NCBI GenBank assembly: GCA_041613315.1
Contig: JBFJHJ010000006.1
Location: forward strand, 1 to 64,000
Reading direction: 5' to 3'
Source: Gemmatimonadales bacterium
GTDB taxonomy: Bacteria; Gemmatimonadota; Gemmatimonadetes; Gemmatimonadales; GWC2-71-9
Length of the DNA stretch: 64,000 nt
Shown here: positions 17,316 to 25,994 of the stretch, in pieces
How positions within the stretch are numbered: position 1 is the stretch's first letter
Layout of the letters: each line of letters begins with the position of its first letter
Notes under the pieces: generated by a model
Told to the model about the DNA's origin: nothing
The model's database searches: none
Seen by the model: only the letters and a program-made list of their open reading frames with translations
Program-made: the position numbers and the translations under genes

Positions 17316-19036
17316 TGGGGCAGGTCGCGGTCCTTCCCCGCGCGGTGGCCGATCAGATCGCTGCTGGTGAGGTGGTCGAGCGCCCGGCGTCGGTCGTGAA
17401 GGAGCTCGTCGAAAACGCGCTGGACGCAGGGGCGACGACGGTCACCGTCGAGCTCGAGGACGGCGGGCGCACACTCGTGCGCGTCGGCGACGACGGGGCT
17501 GGCATGGATCGGGCCGACGCCGAGCTCGCGGTGCAGCGGCACGCGACGAGCAAGATCCGCGCGGCGCGAGATCTCGTCGGCGTCACGACCTACGGGTTCC
17601 GCGGCGAGGCGCTGCCGACCATCGCGTCGGTGGCGCACTTCGAGCTTGAGACGGCGCCGCGGCGGGCGGACGGCTCGGCCGGCCCGGGGACCCGCGTCAC
17701 GATCGCAGGTGGGCGACACGAGGACATGCGCGAGATCGCCCGCACGCCGGGGACGACCGTGACGGTACGGCGCCTGTTCGTCAATACGCCGGCACGGCGC
17801 AAGTTTCTCCGCTCACAGCGGAGCGAGACTCGCGCCGCCGTGGAGGCGCTCACAGCGCTCGCGCTCGCTCGGCTCGACGTCGCGTTTCGGTTGACGAGCG
17901 ACGGGCGGACGCTGCTGGAGGCGCCGCGCACGGAGCACGCCGTGGAGCGCATCGCGGCGCTCTTCTCCCGCCGAGTCGCCGAGGAGCTGGTGCCCGTCGC
18001 GCACGCGAGCGGATCCACGTCGGTGCAGGGCTTCGTGCAACGCCCCGCCGATGCCCGGACGAGTGGGCGCAAGGCGTACTTCTTCGTGAACGGCCGGCCG
18101 TTCCGCGACCCGTTTCTGATCCGGGCCGCCGAAGCGGGCTATCGCGCGACCATCGCGCCCGGCCTCCGCCCGACGATGTTCCTCGCGGTCCGCGTGCCCG
18201 GCGATCGGGTGGACGTGAACGTCCACCCGGCGAAGCTGGAGGTCCGGTTTCGCGATAAGCTCCTCGTCGAGCGCGCCATCGAAGACGCGGTGCGGGCCGG
18301 GCTTCGGCCCATGGCGGCGGCGGCCGTGGTGACCGGTCGCGGGTTGGGAGGGGCGAGCGCCCCACCGTGGGAGTCAGAGGCCGACGCTGGGGTCCCGTCG
18401 CCCGACGGATTCCTCCCGGACTCGCTTCTTGGGTCCGCCACCGGCCCGGCCACCCCCGCGGCCCTCGCGCAGGGCGATCTCCTGCAGGTCTTCAACACGT
18501 ACATCGTCTTCGAGACACCGGAGGGTGTGGCGATCGTGGACCAGCACTCGGCCGCCGAGCGCATTCTCTACGAGCGCACGATCGCGCAGCTGGAAGGGGA
18601 GGGGAGTGCCGCGCAACGCTTGCTCCTCCCGCTCACCGTCGATCTCGATGCGAACGAGCTGGAAGCCGTGGAGCGACACCACGACCTCCTGGAGCAGGTG
18701 GGGTACGAGGTGGAGCCCTTTGGCGGTCGCTCGGTCGTGCTCCACGCGGTGCCGAACCCGCATCCGCGCTTCGACGCCCGGCGGTGTTTCGAGGAGCTGG
18801 CAGCCGATCTGGCGCGCGGGCGGTTCGGCGGGATGGCGAACCGGCTCGAGCGTTTCGCCGCCACCTTCGCGTGCCGGGCCGCGATCAAGGCGGGGCACAC
18901 GCTCGAGCGCGCTGAGATGCGCGATCTGCTGCGCCGCCTCTTCGCCTGTCAGCTCCCGCCGCACGACGTGCACGGGCGTCCCACCATCGTCCAACTGCCC
19001 AAGCACGAGCTGGAACGCCGATTTGGGCGATCCTAA
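17315..19036 (+). CDS. mutL: DNA mismatch repair endonuclease MutL
   Basis: QIAAGEVVERPASVVKELVENALDAGA, GFRGEAL, DVNVHPAK, DQHSAAERILYE, ACRAAIK, HGRP. Confidence 0.97.
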   Translation: MGQVAVLPRAVADQIAAGEVVERPASVVKELVENALDAGATTVTVELEDGGRTLVRVGDDGAGMDRADAELAVQRHATSKIRAARDLVGVTTYGFRGEALPTIASVAHFELETAPRRADGSAGPGTRVTIAGGRHEDMREIARTPGTTVTVRRLFVNTPARRKFLRSQRSETRAAVEALTALALARLDVAFRLTSDGRTLLEAPRTEHAVERIAALFSRRVAEELVPVAHASGSTSVQGFVQRPADARTSGRKAYFFVNGRPFRDPFLIRAAEAGYRATIAPGLRPTMFLAVRVPGDRVDVNVHPAKLEVRFRDKLLVERAIEDAVRAGLRPMAAAAVVTGRGLGGASAPPWESEADAGVPSPDGFLPDSLLGSATGPATPAALAQGDLLQVFNTYIVFETPEGVAIVDQHSAAERILYERTIAQLEGEGSAAQRLLLPLTVDLDANELEAVERHHDLLEQVGYEVEPFGGRSVVLHAVPNPHPRFDARRCFEELAADLARGRFGGMANRLERFAATFACRAAIKAGHTLERAEMRDLLRRLFACQLPPHDVHGRPTIVQLPKHELERRFGRS

Positions 19037-19946
19037 ACCGCTCGTCCCGATCATCGTGGGGCCGACCGCGGTCGGTAAGACGGCCGTGGCGGTGGCGCTC
19101 GCCCGGCACTGGCCGGTGACGGTGATCTCGGCCGACGCACGACAGGTGTACCGTGGGCTCGACATCGGCACCGCGAAACCGTCGCCGGAGGAACGGCGTA
19201 CGGTGCCCCACCTGGGGCTCGATCTCGTGGACCCGGGCATGCGCTATAGCGCGGGTCGGTTCGCCGCGGACGCGGCCCGGTGGCTCGGGGAGCTGGGTCC
19301 GAGCGCCCGCCCGATCGTAGCGGGGGGCACGGGCTTCTACGTGAAAGCCCTCGCGGACGGCCTGTTCCGCGAGCCCGCGATGGATCCGGATCGCCGCGAG
19401 CGGTTCCGGCGGTGGACCCGCGGCGCCGAGGGGCTCGGGGCCTGGGCGGCGCGGCTCGACCGCGGTTACACGGGCGGGGGCCGGCAGCGCGCGGCGCGCG
19501 CGGTGGAGATCGCGCTGTTCACCGGTCGGCCGCTCTCGTGGTGGCAACGGCGGGCGAAAGCCGAAGGGCAGATGCGGCCGTGGTACGTGCGGCTCACGGT
19601 GCCCCGCTCGGTGCTCCATCGCCGGATCGCGGAGCGGGCCGCCCGGATGGTCGAGCGGGGCTTCGTGGACGAAGTACGCGCCGTGCTCGCCCGCGGCGTC
19701 GCCCCCGATGCGCCGGGCCTCGATGCCGTGGGCTACCGTGAGGTCGTGGAGCATGTGCGGGGAGCGCGCCCGCGCGAAACGCTGGTGGAGGCGATCGCGG
19801 CCGCGACCCGCCGCTATGCCAAGCGGCAGGAAACGTGGTTCCGGCATCAGCTCATCGGCCATCCGGTGGTTACCTTGGATGCGACGGACGCCCCGCACAC
19901 GCTGGGCCGGCGGATCGTCGAGCTTTGGAAGGCGCGAGGAGAGTGA
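19023..19946 (+). CDS. miaA: tRNA dimethylallyltransferase
   Basis: GPTAVGKT, DARQVYRGLDIGTAKP, GGTGFY, TRRYAKRQETWF; TTG start inferred. Confidence 0.93.
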   Translation: MGDPKPLVPIIVGPTAVGKTAVAVALARHWPVTVISADARQVYRGLDIGTAKPSPEERRTVPHLGLDLVDPGMRYSAGRFAADAARWLGELGPSARPIVAGGTGFYVKALADGLFREPAMDPDRRERFRRWTRGAEGLGAWAARLDRGYTGGGRQRAARAVEIALFTGRPLSWWQRRAKAEGQMRPWYVRLTVPRSVLHRRIAERAARMVERGFVDEVRAVLARGVAPDAPGLDAVGYREVVEHVRGARPRETLVEAIAAATRRYAKRQETWFRHQLIGHPVVTLDATDAPHTLGRRIVELWKARGE

Positions 19947-21067
19947 TGCGGATCGGGATCACCTGCTATCCGACGTATGGCGGCTCGGGCGCGGTCGCGA
20001 CCGAGCTCGGCCTCGACCTCGCCCGGCGGGGGCACGAAGCCCATCTGATCTCCTACGCGTCACCGTTCCGCCTGCGCGGCTTCAACGAACGAGTCTACTT
20101 CCACGAGGTCGACCTCAGCGGCACGTACCCGCTCCTGGAGTATTTCCCCTACTCGCTCGCCCTCGCCGTCAAGCAGCACGAGGTGGCGATCCGTGAGCAG
20201 CTCGACATCCTGCACGTCCATTACGCGGTACCCCATGCTACGGCGGCGTTCTTAGCGAAGCAGATGCTGGCTCCGGAGCGGGACCTGAAGGTCGTGACGA
20301 CGCTTCACGGGACCGACATCACCCTCGTCGGTCAAGAGAGCTCGTTCTTCACGGTGACCAAGTTCTCGATCGAGCGGTCGGACGCCGTCACCGCGGTCTC
20401 CACGTTCCTGCGGGACGAGACGTACCACGCCTTCGGGTGCGACGGGTGTGCGATCGAAGTGATCCCGAATTTCGTCAACCCCGCCGAGTACTTCCCGACG
20501 GACGATGCCGCGTGCCGCACGTCGCTGGCGCCCGCCGAGACGAAGGTGCTGATGCACATCTCGAACTTTCGGCCGGTGAAGCGCGTGACGGACGTCGTCC
20601 GTGTCTTCGCGGAGGTGCGGCGGCGGATGCCCGCGGTGCTCGTCATGGTGGGTGACGGGCCGGAACGGCCCGAGGCAGAGGCCGCAGGGCAGCGCCTCGG
20701 CGTCGCCGGCGACGTGCGGTTTCTCGGTAAGGTGAACGCGGTGGCGGATCTCTTGCGGGCCGCCGACCTGTTCCTGCTCCCCAGTGCGTCGGAATCGTTC
20801 GGCCTCAGTGCCCTCGAGGCGATGGCCTGCGGTGTGCCGGTCGTCGGCACCAACGTGGGCGGCCTTCCGGAAGTGGTGACGGACGGCGAAAATGGGGCGC
20901 TTCTTCCCCTGGGTGACGTGGAGGCGATGGCGGCGCGGGCGCTCGCCCTCCTCGAGCCCGCCGCGTGGCGGCGGGCCCGAGCGGCGGCCGTGACGCGAGC
21001 CCAGACGTTTGCATCGGACCGCGTCGTGCCGATGTACGAGGCGTTGTATCGCCGATTGCTGGGGTGA
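19946..21067 (+). CDS. bshA: N-acetyl-alpha-D-glucosaminyl L-malate synthase (GT4)
   Basis: MRIGITCYPTYGGSGAVATELG, HVHYAVPHA, TTLHGTDITLVG, HISNFRPVKRV, ESFGLSALEAMACGVP. Confidence 0.92.
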   Translation: MRIGITCYPTYGGSGAVATELGLDLARRGHEAHLISYASPFRLRGFNERVYFHEVDLSGTYPLLEYFPYSLALAVKQHEVAIREQLDILHVHYAVPHATAAFLAKQMLAPERDLKVVTTLHGTDITLVGQESSFFTVTKFSIERSDAVTAVSTFLRDETYHAFGCDGCAIEVIPNFVNPAEYFPTDDAACRTSLAPAETKVLMHISNFRPVKRVTDVVRVFAEVRRRMPAVLVMVGDGPERPEAEAAGQRLGVAGDVRFLGKVNAVADLLRAADLFLLPSASESFGLSALEAMACGVPVVGTNVGGLPEVVTDGENGALLPLGDVEAMAARALALLEPAAWRRARAAAVTRAQTFASDRVVPMYEALYRRLLG

Positions 21068-21115
21068 TGGAGCGCCCCATCGTCCAACGCCCGTGAGCGG
21101 ATCCTCCGCGCCGTG

Positions 21116-21901
21116 ATGACCTACTGGGAGGGGCTGGTGCTCGGCCTGGTGCAGGGGCTCACGGAGTTCTTGCCGGTTTCGAGCTCGGGGCATCTGGTGG
21201 TGGCGGAGGCGGCCATTGGCGTGACGACGCCGGGCGTCACCGTGGAGGTGGCGCTCCACGTCGCGACGCTCATCGCCGTGGTCGTGGTGTACCGGGCGCG
21301 CGTGCTCGAACTGGGGCGCGGGATGGTCGCCGGCCGCCGGGACGCCTGGCGCTATGTCGGGCTGCTCACCGCCGCGACGATTCCTGCGGCGCTCGTCGGC
21401 GTTTCGTTCGGTGGCCTCATCGAGCGGACATTCGATTCGCTTGTGATCGTCGGGGTGAACTTGATTGTGACCGGCACGATGCTCTGGACGACGTCGCGCG
21501 TGGCCGCGCGGGCCACGCTCCCCCAGCCGGCCATGGGCGGGGCGGTGGTGATCGGGCTGGCGCAAGCGGTGGCGATCCTTCCCGGGATCTCCCGCTCGGG
21601 CACGACCGTTGCCGCCGGGCTCTGGCTCAAGGTCGATCCGGTCCGAGCCGCGGAGTTCTCCTTCCTCCTCGCGATCCCCGCGATTGCCGGCGCCGCCGTG
21701 CTTCAGGTGCCGCACCTCTCGGCCGACGCCTCGCTCGTCGGCTGGGGGCCGCTGGCGGTGAGCTGCGGGGCCGCGCTCCTTGCGGGCGTCGCGGCAATCC
21801 GGCTGCTCGTGGCACTGCTTCAGCGCCGCGCGTTTCACCACTTCGCGCCCTACTGCTGGCTCGTGGGCGCGGTCACCGTGTTGGCGGGGCTCCGCGGATG
21901 A
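21116..21901 (+). CDS. uppP: undecaprenyl-diphosphate phosphatase
   Basis: GLVQGLTEFLPVSSSGHL, PGISRSGTT, AAEFSFLL. Confidence 0.95.
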   Translation: MTYWEGLVLGLVQGLTEFLPVSSSGHLVVAEAAIGVTTPGVTVEVALHVATLIAVVVVYRARVLELGRGMVAGRRDAWRYVGLLTAATIPAALVGVSFGGLIERTFDSLVIVGVNLIVTGTMLWTTSRVAARATLPQPAMGGAVVIGLAQAVAILPGISRSGTTVAAGLWLKVDPVRAAEFSFLLAIPAIAGAAVLQVPHLSADASLVGWGPLAVSCGAALLAGVAAIRLLVALLQRRAFHHFAPYCWLVGAVTVLAGLRG

Positions 21902-22641
21902 TCTCCTACGATGGGCTGAGCGCCGCGGAGCTCGGCGCCCGGCTGCGGACCCCGGCGTGCCTCACCCTGCCGACGGTGACGAGCACGCTCGACGTCATTC
22001 ACGACATGGCGGCCGAAGGCGCCCCGGCCGGGACGCTGGTGCTCGCCGACGAGCAGATCGCCGGCCGGGGCCGGCAGGGGCGGCGCTGGTACAGCCCGCC
22101 CGGCACTGGGATCTGGCTCGGGTACCTCGCCCGCCCGGCTCGACCGCCGGAAGGTGGCGTGATGGCTTTGCGCGTGGGCCTGGCGGTGACGGCCGCGCTG
22201 GAAACGGTGGGCGCCGCGGTGGCGCTCAAGTGGCCCAACGATGTGCTTGCGGCGGGCCGAAAGCTCGCCGGGATCCTCTGCGAAGCGCGATGGGAGCGAG
22301 GACGTCCCGGTTGGATCGCCGTGGGGATCGGCATGAATGTGTACGGGCCGCTTCCGGAGCGGCTCACGCCCCACGCCGTCACCCTGGACGAGCTCGTGCC
22401 CGGCGTGACGCGACTCGCCGTGCTGGAGCAGTTGATCCCCCGGCTGGGGACGCTGCCCGAGGCGCCGACCCTGTCCACGGAGGAGCGCGCCGCGTACGCG
22501 CGGCACGACTGGCTGTCGGGCAAGCGGTTGGTCGAGCCGGTGCCCGGCGACGTGCAGGGCGTGGGGCCGGATGGCGCGCTGCTGGTCGCCACGGGCGGCC
22601 GCGTGCAGCGGATCGTGGGAGGTAGCGTTGTCACCGCGTGA
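21898..22641 (+). CDS. birA: biotin-protein ligase (class I, no HTH)
   Basis: ADEQIAGRGRQGRRW, LKWPNDV, RKLAGILCE, GIGMNV. Confidence 0.93.
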   Translation: MISYDGLSAAELGARLRTPACLTLPTVTSTLDVIHDMAAEGAPAGTLVLADEQIAGRGRQGRRWYSPPGTGIWLGYLARPARPPEGGVMALRVGLAVTAALETVGAAVALKWPNDVLAAGRKLAGILCEARWERGRPGWIAVGIGMNVYGPLPERLTPHAVTLDELVPGVTRLAVLEQLIPRLGTLPEAPTLSTEERAAYARHDWLSGKRLVEPVPGDVQGVGPDGALLVATGGRVQRIVGGSVVTA

Positions 22642-23623
22642 CTTACCGTTGTGGGCCCGGGCGGCGGCGGCGGGGCTCCTCATTGTCGCCTCGTGGTGGC
22701 TCGTGCGGACCGAGACGATCCGTGTTGCGGTCGGCGGCTCCGCGGCCCTGCTGAGCTTGGGGATCGTGGCCGGGTTCATCCTGCGAGGCATGCATCTCCC
22801 CCTGGATCTCTGGCCGCGAGGAGCGTGGCGGTCGTCGTTCGCCACCGCGGCCGTCGTCGCGATCGCGCTGGCGTTTGCCGTGCCGCTCGTGCTGACGCGC
22901 CCCGCGCGGGTCGCGGAGCTGGTCGTCCTGCTCGACCGCGGAGTGGTGGCGATGGTGACGGTCGGGGTGATCGTGTGGGGATTCGCGTGGGCGTTCGTTC
23001 GGCAACGGCCGTACGCCGGCTGGTACGCCATCGGGACCGCCGCGGCGCTTGCGCCGCTCCTCGTGGCGGCGCTGTGGCTCCGCGTCGGCGGAGATGCCGT
23101 CCTTTCGAATCCGCTGCCGTGGGGTGACGTCGTGCAGGTCGTCGTCTTCGCCGGCGTCACGGGCACTGCCGTGTCCCTGGTGACGGAAGAGTTGGCCTTC
23201 CGGCGCCTGCTGATCGGCGAGCCCACGCAGGCGGGGCTCGTGGTGGTGGTCGTCGCGGCAGCGGCAGCGGCGGCGTGGCACCTGGTGATCGGTGGCAGCG
23301 TGGGCGCAGGCGCGCGGGCGGTCTGGCTGGGCGCGGCGGTGGCTGCATTCGTCGTCGGCCCGGTGTATGTGCTCTCGAAATCCCTCCTCGTGTCGGCGCT
23401 GTGCAACGCGCTGATCATCGGTGGCCTGTACGCCCTGGACTTGGTGAACCCCGTCGGCGTCGCCGCTGCCGACGGGTGGCGGGCCGCCGTCGCCGGTGTG
23501 ATGCGGCCCGCCCTGCTGACGGAAGCGGTGCTGGCGGCCGTACTGCTCGCGCTCGTGGCGCGCCGCAACGGTGTGCTCACGGGTCTTCGGCCCGCTGGGG
23601 AGCGGCATGCTCCTCGCGATTGA
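22628..23623 (+). CDS. polytopic membrane protein, degenerate CPBP/Abi (CAAX protease-like)
   Basis: Many hydrophobic segments; TEELAFRRLL resembles CPBP motif 1 (EExxxR); start uncertain (TTG 22628). Confidence 0.55.
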   Translation: MSPRDLPLWARAAAAGLLIVASWWLVRTETIRVAVGGSAALLSLGIVAGFILRGMHLPLDLWPRGAWRSSFATAAVVAIALAFAVPLVLTRPARVAELVVLLDRGVVAMVTVGVIVWGFAWAFVRQRPYAGWYAIGTAAALAPLLVAALWLRVGGDAVLSNPLPWGDVVQVVVFAGVTGTAVSLVTEELAFRRLLIGEPTQAGLVVVVVAAAAAAAWHLVIGGSVGAGARAVWLGAAVAAFVVGPVYVLSKSLLVSALCNALIIGGLYALDLVNPVGVAAADGWRAAVAGVMRPALLTEAVLAAVLLALVARRNGVLTGLRPAGERHAPRD

Positions 23624-24404
23624 CGTCGGCAACACCGAAATCACGCTGGGGCTCTTCGCCGGCGATCGGCTGGGGGCCCACTGGCGGCTCACCACGGCCA
23701 CGCGCCGGACGCCCGACGAGTGGGCCGCGGTGTTGACCTCGTTCCTCACCCATGCGGGGCATTCGACGCAGGAGGTGCGCGGGGCAATCAGCGCGTCGGT
23801 GGCGCCGGCGATCAGTGAGGGGCTCGATGAGGGGGTGGAGCGCGCGGTTGGGATCCGCCCGGTGGCCGTCGGCCCGGGCGCCGCGCTGCCCATTGTGCTC
23901 GACGTGGAGGAGCCGCTGAGTGTCGGGGCGGACCGTGTGGTGAACACGTTGGCGGCCGCCGAGATCTACCGCCGGGACACCATCGTCGTGGACTTCGGCA
24001 CCGCGACCACGTTCGACTGTATCACCAAGGACGGGCGTTTTCTCGGGGGCGTCATCGCGCCTGGCCTGCGGACGGCGGCGGACGAGCTGGCTCGCCGGAC
24101 GGCCAAGCTGCCGGTGACCGAGCTGCGCACGCCGGAACGGGTGATCGGCCGGCGCACGGAGGAGTGTATTCGGGCCGGGGTGCTGTATGGTGCGGCCGAT
24201 GCCGTCGATGGTCTCGTCCGCCGCATCAAGGCCGAATGGCCGAATCGCGAGGTGCCGTTTGTCGTCGGCACTGGGGGGCTCGCCCCGAAGATCGCACCAC
24301 TGTGTCGGGAGATCGAGGAGGTGGAGCCGAATCTGACGTTGCTGGGTCTCCGCATCGCTGCGGGACATCTGCACGTGAAGTGGGAAGCGGGCAAGACCGA
24401 CTGA
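23607..24404 (+). CDS. coaX: type III pantothenate kinase
   Basis: LLAIDVGNT, VGADRVVN, VVDFGTATTFD, GGVIAPG, GTGGLA. Confidence 0.95.
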   Translation: MLLAIDVGNTEITLGLFAGDRLGAHWRLTTATRRTPDEWAAVLTSFLTHAGHSTQEVRGAISASVAPAISEGLDEGVERAVGIRPVAVGPGAALPIVLDVEEPLSVGADRVVNTLAAAEIYRRDTIVVDFGTATTFDCITKDGRFLGGVIAPGLRTAADELARRTAKLPVTELRTPERVIGRRTEECIRAGVLYGAADAVDGLVRRIKAEWPNREVPFVVGTGGLAPKIAPLCREIEEVEPNLTLLGLRIAAGHLHVKWEAGKTD

Positions 24405-24421
24405 CACGCATGGAGGTGGTG

Positions 24422-24943
24422 ATGGCGCGCGTGGCGCTGCAGTGGAGCACGGCGTTCGTCTTGGCGATGCTGCTGATCGGCGCCGGGGGCGCCGTGCACC
24501 CGGCGTCGCTCGTCGCACAGAATGAGGCGGACGCCGTGATGGCACCCGTCAAGGGGCTGTTCGACGCGATGCGGACGCGGGACAGCGTCGCCGCGCGCGC
24601 GGTCTTTCACCCGGAGGCGCGGCTCGTCGGGACCGGCGTGCGTGACGGCCGGTCGGTGGTGCAGGTGAATGCGATCGACGGGTTCATCGCCGCGATCGGC
24701 CGCGACCGCGAGGTCTGGGACGAGCGGATCTGGGATTGGGAAGTACGGATCGCCGACAACCTCGCGACGGTCTGGACGAAGTACGACTTCCTCCGCGCCG
24801 GCGCGTTCAGTCACTGCGGGGTGGACGCGTTTCAGTTGGTCCGGACGGACGACGGGTGGAAGATCGTCCAGGTCGCGGATACGCGGCGACGGGAGGGGTG
24901 CGAGGCGCCGTCGGGAACCGTCTATCCCCGTGGCGGCCGTTGA
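24422..24943 (+). CDS. secreted NTF2/SnoaL-like (lumazine-binding-like) protein
   Basis: Signal peptide; LFDAMR, ERIWD.EVRIADNLATVWTKY, HCGVDAFQLV..DDGWKIV; GGAGG SD. Confidence 0.8.
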   Translation: MARVALQWSTAFVLAMLLIGAGGAVHPASLVAQNEADAVMAPVKGLFDAMRTRDSVAARAVFHPEARLVGTGVRDGRSVVQVNAIDGFIAAIGRDREVWDERIWDWEVRIADNLATVWTKYDFLRAGAFSHCGVDAFQLVRTDDGWKIVQVADTRRREGCEAPSGTVYPRGGR

Positions 24944-24968
24944 ACTGCCCGACGGCCCGCGCTAACTT
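24940..24968 (+). promoter_or_regulatory. sigma70-type promoter
   Basis: TTGAAC(24940-45)-17 nt-TAACTT(24963-68). Confidence 0.55.
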
Positions 24969-25007
24969 GTGGCGCCTGGCCCCCACTCTGACCCGGGAGA
25001 GCCCTGG

Positions 25008-25628
25008 ATGACTTCCGCCGCGCAACCGGTTGACGACGAACGCAACGACGTCCGTACGATGGTAGGCGGCGGGGTGAAGCTCGGGATCATAACGGCCATC
25101 GGCGTCACCGTGTTCGCCCTCGTGTCGCGTCCGATGCCGGCGGGGACGACGGAGACCGTCGTTCAGTCGCTGCTCGTCGTGGTGGGAGGCGCGCTCTTCA
25201 GCTATCTCCCTGCGTACTGGGTGCGGCCGCGCAGCACGGACGGGATCGCCTGGACCGCGCTGTTGGGCCTGCTCGGTGCCGTCGCGTTCACCGTGGTCGA
25301 TACGGCGGTCCTCCGCCCCTTGAGCCTGTATCACTGGACGTGGGACGAGATCGGCGGCGGGAGCGGCTTCTGGTACATCCCCGTATGGTGGATGGGGGCG
25401 GCGGTGTTGGCGTGGCTGGGTGCCTGGGTCACCGCGATCACGACGCGCGCCGGGCGAGTAGCTGAGTTGCCCGCGACGGCCGCCCAGACGTGCGGCGGGG
25501 CGATCGCGTTGTTCGCGATCCTCACGCTCGCCGGGATCGGGCCGTTTCACACGGCCATGATGGCGCTGGCGTTCGCCCTGGCGCTGATGCTCCACGTCCC
25601 GATCGCCGCGGCACTCCAGCGGCGGTGA
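25008..25628 (+). CDS. hypothetical integral membrane protein
   Basis: About 6 hydrophobic segments; aromatic-rich loop YHWTWDEIGGGSGFWYIPVWW. Confidence 0.75.
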   Translation: MTSAAQPVDDERNDVRTMVGGGVKLGIITAIGVTVFALVSRPMPAGTTETVVQSLLVVVGGALFSYLPAYWVRPRSTDGIAWTALLGLLGAVAFTVVDTAVLRPLSLYHWTWDEIGGGSGFWYIPVWWMGAAVLAWLGAWVTAITTRAGRVAELPATAAQTCGGAIALFAILTLAGIGPFHTAMMALAFALALMLHVPIAAALQRR

Positions 25629-25861
25629 ACCGCCGGACGGCGCGCCGGCTCGCCCGGGTCGCCGGTTGGCTGCTCACACCTCTCGTGGTGTGGGCAGCTT
25701 CGTTTTTGGGAGGATGGGCCGCGGCCGTGCTGTGGGGTGAAGCCGTGGGCGGCACCGTGGGGCTGCTCTGGCTCGCCGGCGGCGCCGTCGTGGGGGGACT
25801 GATCGGCGCCGCCGCCTGGCTCGCCGTGATGTGGCATGCGAGGGGACCGGGCGACCTGTAA
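25625..25861 (+). CDS. small two-TM membrane protein
   Basis: GTGA overlap with the previous gene; basic N-terminus then two Gly/Ala-rich helices. Confidence 0.55.
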   Translation: MNRRTARRLARVAGWLLTPLVVWAASFLGGWAAAVLWGEAVGGTVGLLWLAGGAVVGGLIGAAAWLAVMWHARGPGDL

Positions 25862-25994
25862 GCGATACTCCGCGATCCGCGGTCCGGGGGCGTGCCCGTC
25901 GACGAGCGGAAGCCTCTTCGTCAACCACGGTTGCCGAGGGGGCGGCCACCCCTGGGTCGGCGCCGGGACTGCGGGTAGGAGAACGCGGAACAGC

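Noticed and set aside
25862..25994. 133-nt gap between convergent genes as a possible sRNA
   Set aside because: Only short, weak stems; no promoter, terminator or known RNA motif seen.
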